From NCBI GenBank assembly GCA_003244255.1, contig QHCD01000073.1:30444-94443 (forward strand): a stretch of DNA of 64,000 nt. Reading direction: 5' to 3'. This document shows, one piece after another, positions 61,196 to 64,000 of the stretch. A program made the translations under genes and the position numbers. The notes beneath the pieces were generated by a model. It searched no databases, was not told the DNA's origin, and was given only the letters and a program-made list of their open reading frames with translations. The first letter of the stretch is position 1. Each line of letters starts with the position of its first letter. The DNA comes from Pseudonocardiales bacterium. Its GTDB lineage: Bacteria; Actinomycetota; Actinomycetes; Mycobacteriales; QHCD01.

Positions 61196-62551
61196 TTAGG
61201 TGGCGCCGGCCGCCTCGGTGCGCGCGGCGTCGACGTCGGTGGCGGCGAGCAGCACGAATCCGGCGACGAAGAGCACGATCAGCGACAGGATCGCCTGGCG
61301 GAACGAACCGGTGGCGTTCACCACCAGCGTGAACAGCAGCGGCGCGATCCAGGATGTGCCGCGGTCGCAGATCTCATACATCCCGAAGTACGCCGCCTCG
61401 TGCCCGCGCGGCACCATCTGCGAGAACAGCGATCGCGCCAGCGCCTGTGACCCACCGAGCACCACAGCAAGCACGACGCCCATCGCGACGGCCTCCGATT
61501 TCGTGTGCAGGGCGGAGTAGGCGTAGATCACGACGAAGCACCAGATGACCAGCGAGATGAGCACGGCGCGTTTCGTGCCGACCCAGCCGGCGATCCGGGC
61601 GAAGAGCAGCGAGCCGCCGATCGCGATGAACTGGATCAGCAGGATCAGCGCGAACAGGAACGGCGAGGCCCTGGTCGCGTCGTCGTCGTAGAGCTCGTGG
61701 GTGACGTAGGTCGATGCCAGGCCGATGACCGAGGAGATGGCATCGGAGAACAGCAGGTAGGAGATCAGGTAGCGGCGCGTCTGCGGCATGCGGGCGAGCT
61801 GGCGCAGGGTGCTGCGCAGGTCGCCGAAGCCCCGGCCGCCGGTAGCGCGGCGCACCGCCGGGCGTTCCCGCAGGCCGGCGATGGCGTAGAGGCCGAAGCC
61901 CGCCCACCACAGGCCAGCCGAGGTGAAGCAGATCCGCACCGCCGTCGACTCCGAGATTCCGATCGCGTGCCGCAGTTGCAGGATGGCTAGGTCGACGGCG
62001 ATCAGCAGGCCGGAGCCGAGGTACCCGACGGCGAAACCCCTGCTGGATACCGCGTTCCGGCGGTTGCGCGGCACAAGGTGCGGCAGGTAGGCGTTGTAGA
62101 CGACGTCGTTGGCACCGAAGAGCAGGCTGCCGATGATGAACAACGCCCCGGCGAGGAGCCACGCGCCACCAGCCGTCGTGGCGAGCAGTGCAGCCACCGC
62201 CGACCCGGCAGCGCAGGTGATCATCAGGATGCGACGCTTCGCCGCGAGCGTGTCGGCGGCAGCGCCCAGAGCGGGCAGGATCGGCATCTGCAGCAGCGCC
62301 GCGACGGTCAGCGCGAACGACGGGAACGCCGACGCCGCCAGGTGCAACGGCCCGATCGAGAACAGCGTGTGCTTCGTGCCGCCGGCAGCGTGCTTGGCCA
62401 GCGCGAGCAGCCACGGTCCGATCAACACCGTGCCGATCGCGCCGGTCCATCCGTGGTTGGCGAAGCCGTAGAACGCCCATCGGCTGACCTCGCGCGAATC
62501 CTCCTGAACCTCCGCTGCCGCGCTGCCAGCATCCACTGTGGACATCATCAT
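61196..62551 (-). CDS. MFS transporter (UMF1/Atg22-like type)
   Basis: WAFYGFANHGW and about 12 TM segments. ATGA overlap with the galK stop. Confidence 0.85.
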   Translation of the reverse strand: MMMSTVDAGSAAAEVQEDSREVSRWAFYGFANHGWTGAIGTVLIGPWLLALAKHAAGGTKHTLFSIGPLHLAASAFPSFALTVAALLQMPILPALGAAADTLAAKRRILMITCAAGSAVAALLATTAGGAWLLAGALFIIGSLLFGANDVVYNAYLPHLVPRNRRNAVSSRGFAVGYLGSGLLIAVDLAILQLRHAIGISESTAVRICFTSAGLWWAGFGLYAIAGLRERPAVRRATGGRGFGDLRSTLRQLARMPQTRRYLISYLLFSDAISSVIGLASTYVTHELYDDDATRASPFLFALILLIQFIAIGGSLLFARIAGWVGTKRAVLISLVIWCFVVIYAYSALHTKSEAVAMGVVLAVVLGGSQALARSLFSQMVPRGHEAAYFGMYEICDRGTSWIAPLLFTLVVNATGSFRQAILSLIVLFVAGFVLLAATDVDAARTEAAGAT

Positions 62552-63747
62552 CCGAGCCGGTGCGCTCCGGGCGCTGGACCGCCGGGCACCAGCGCGGGCG
62601 CGGTGAATCCGTGATCGGTGAACGCCCTGCGCACGGCGTCGAGCATCGACTCCTCACGTCCGGCGTCGACCAGTGCGATCGCGCAGCCGCCGAAACCGCC
62701 CCCAGTCATCCTCGCGCCGTATGCACCGGCGCCGAGCAGGGCGTCGACCGCCGTGTCGAGCTGGTCACACGACACCTCGAAGTCATCGCGCAGCGAGGTG
62801 TGCGAGTCGGTGAGCAGCGGGCCGATCGCACGGACGTCGGCGTCGCCGGTGAGGATGGCCACGGTGTCGAGGACGCGGGCGTTCTCGCTGACGATGTGCC
62901 GAACTCTCCTGCGCTGCACCGGATCCAGCGCCGTCACCGCCTCGCCGCCCAGCGCATCAACGTCGAGATCGCGCAACGCCGGCACGCCGAGCGCTCGAGC
63001 CGCGGCCTCGCACTCCCGCCGGCGGGCGGCATACTCCGAGTCGACCAGCCGGTGCGGGGTGCGGGTGTCGACGACCATCATTGCAAGGGCGTGGCCGGCG
63101 AGGTCGAACGGGACGGCCGTGGTGTGCAGCGAGCGGGCATCGAGCAGCAGTGCATGCCGGTCTGTGCACAGCAACGACGCGGCCTGATCCATGATCCCGG
63201 TCGGTGCGCCGACGAACTCGTTCTCGCCCCGATGCGCGATCCTGGCCAGGTCCGGGCGTCGGATCCCCAGATGGAGCAGGTCGTCGATCCCCGCCGCTAC
63301 CGCACACTCCAGCGCCGCCGACGACGACAACCCGGCGCCAGGCGGCACCGTGCCGTCGACGTAGACATCGAGTCCTGGTACGTGGTGGCCCGCCTCGCGC
63401 AGCGCCCACACCGCACCCGCGACGTAACTCGCCCAGCCGTCAACGGTTCCCGGCCGGACATCGGCGATCACCGCGACGTCCCCGCCGTGCTGCGCCGACG
63501 CCACGTGCAGCTGGTCGTCGTTGCGCGCCGCGAGCCACGCGGTGACGACGAGCGGCAGGGCCACCGGCAACGCGAACCCGTCGTTGTAGTCGGTGTGTTC
63601 GCCGATGACGTTGACCCGTCCCGGCGCGACCCACGAGACCTCCGGCGGGCGGCCGAAACAGGCGTCGAATCCCTGAGCACCCAAGTGTGGCAGCCCTCCG
63701 CATCGGGTGGGCCGACCGTACACTGACGCAGGTGGCTGATCCGCCAA
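62548..63747 (-). CDS. galK: galactokinase
   Basis: APGRVNVIGEHTDYNDGF and PPGAGLSSSAALECA motifs. The TTG start at 63747 is uncertain. Confidence 0.93.
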   Translation of the reverse strand: MADQPPASVYGRPTRCGGLPHLGAQGFDACFGRPPEVSWVAPGRVNVIGEHTDYNDGFALPVALPLVVTAWLAARNDDQLHVASAQHGGDVAVIADVRPGTVDGWASYVAGAVWALREAGHHVPGLDVYVDGTVPPGAGLSSSAALECAVAAGIDDLLHLGIRRPDLARIAHRGENEFVGAPTGIMDQAASLLCTDRHALLLDARSLHTTAVPFDLAGHALAMMVVDTRTPHRLVDSEYAARRRECEAAARALGVPALRDLDVDALGGEAVTALDPVQRRRVRHIVSENARVLDTVAILTGDADVRAIGPLLTDSHTSLRDDFEVSCDQLDTAVDALLGAGAYGARMTGGGFGGCAIALVDAGREESMLDAVRRAFTDHGFTAPALVPGGPAPGAHRLG

Positions 63748-63756
63748 GGCATCCTC

Positions 63757-63816
63757 GCCGAGATCTCAGTACGGCACCGTCTTGGCGGCGTGTCGCGGTG
63801 GTGAACCGCGATCTCG
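63757..63816. repeat. hairpin repeat, sub-family B, copy 3 (left arm degenerate)
   Basis: GCCGAGATCTCAGTACGGCACC-GTCTTGGCGGCGTGTCGC-GGTGGTGAACCGCGATCTCG. Confidence 0.8.
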
Positions 63817-63844
63817 CGGCGGGGGGTCGGGTGGCGGGCGGCTC

Positions 63845-64000
63845 GTGACCGACATCCTGCTCAGCTGCGGCCTGGTCCTGCTCCTCGTCCTGATCGGCGG
63901 ACTGTTCGCCGGCGCGGAGATGGCGCTGGTTTCGCTGCGGGAGACCCAGCTCTCCTCGCTCGCGGCCAAGAGCCCACGCGGCGCGAAGGTCGCGGCGCTC
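63845..64000 (+). CDS. CNNM/DUF21-domain (CorC/TlyC hemolysin-family) membrane protein, N-terminal part
   Basis: Hand translation from the GTG at 63845 gives VTDILLSCGLVLLLVLIGGLFAGAEMALVSLRETQLSSLAAKSPRGAKVAAL. The ORF is open at the window end. Confidence 0.8.
   Translation, partial: MTDILLSCGLVLLLVLIGGLFAGAEMALVSLRETQLSSLAAKSPRGAKVAAL

Overview
This is a very GC-rich actinobacterial chromosomal segment; third codon positions are almost all G/C. It is dominated by core housekeeping genes in gene orders I recognise from memory of Mycobacterium and Streptomyces. The blocks are: rplM-rpsI-glmM-glmS-acpS-nnr-alr-hydrolase-tsaE ... tsaB-rimI-tsaD; groES-groEL (His-rich-tail GroEL1 type); a BldM-like regulator; guaB plus a guaB3-like gene; corA; guaA; chorismate mutase divergent from pcrA/uvrD; sucCD; DUF5336-like and PerM-like membrane proteins; purN-purH; folD; mdh; icd; galK. 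Small accessory inserts sit between these blocks. They include a membrane protein plus lipoprotein inside the tsa operon, an MmyB-like regulator with an MFS pump, an RNHCP protein, ArsR-SRPBCC, VOC proteins, vapBC, a VOC-TrmO fusion and an MfpA-like pentapeptide protein. The largest insert is a roughly 9.7 kb carbohydrate locus: a giant secreted PIG-L/CBM9-like protein, a lipoprotein, a sugar ABC importer, a DeoR regulator and a GH4 hydrolase. I could not recognise any rRNA, tRNA, CRISPR array, transposase, integrase or phage gene. The most striking non-genic signal is a set of six hairpin-forming intergenic repeats in related sub-families that share a GCGACACGCCG loop core. Other non-genic signals are a CIRCE operator at groES, an SD-sequestering hairpin at corA, phased tandem repeats in front of guaA, a terminator-like hairpin in the chorismate mutase leader, and several candidate operators. 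The best candidate for an undescribed system is the secreted-deacetylase/ABC/GH4 locus at 49.2-58.9 kb, but most of the window is ordinary core genome. All family assignments come from motif recognition by eye. No database search, fold prediction or alignment was run.
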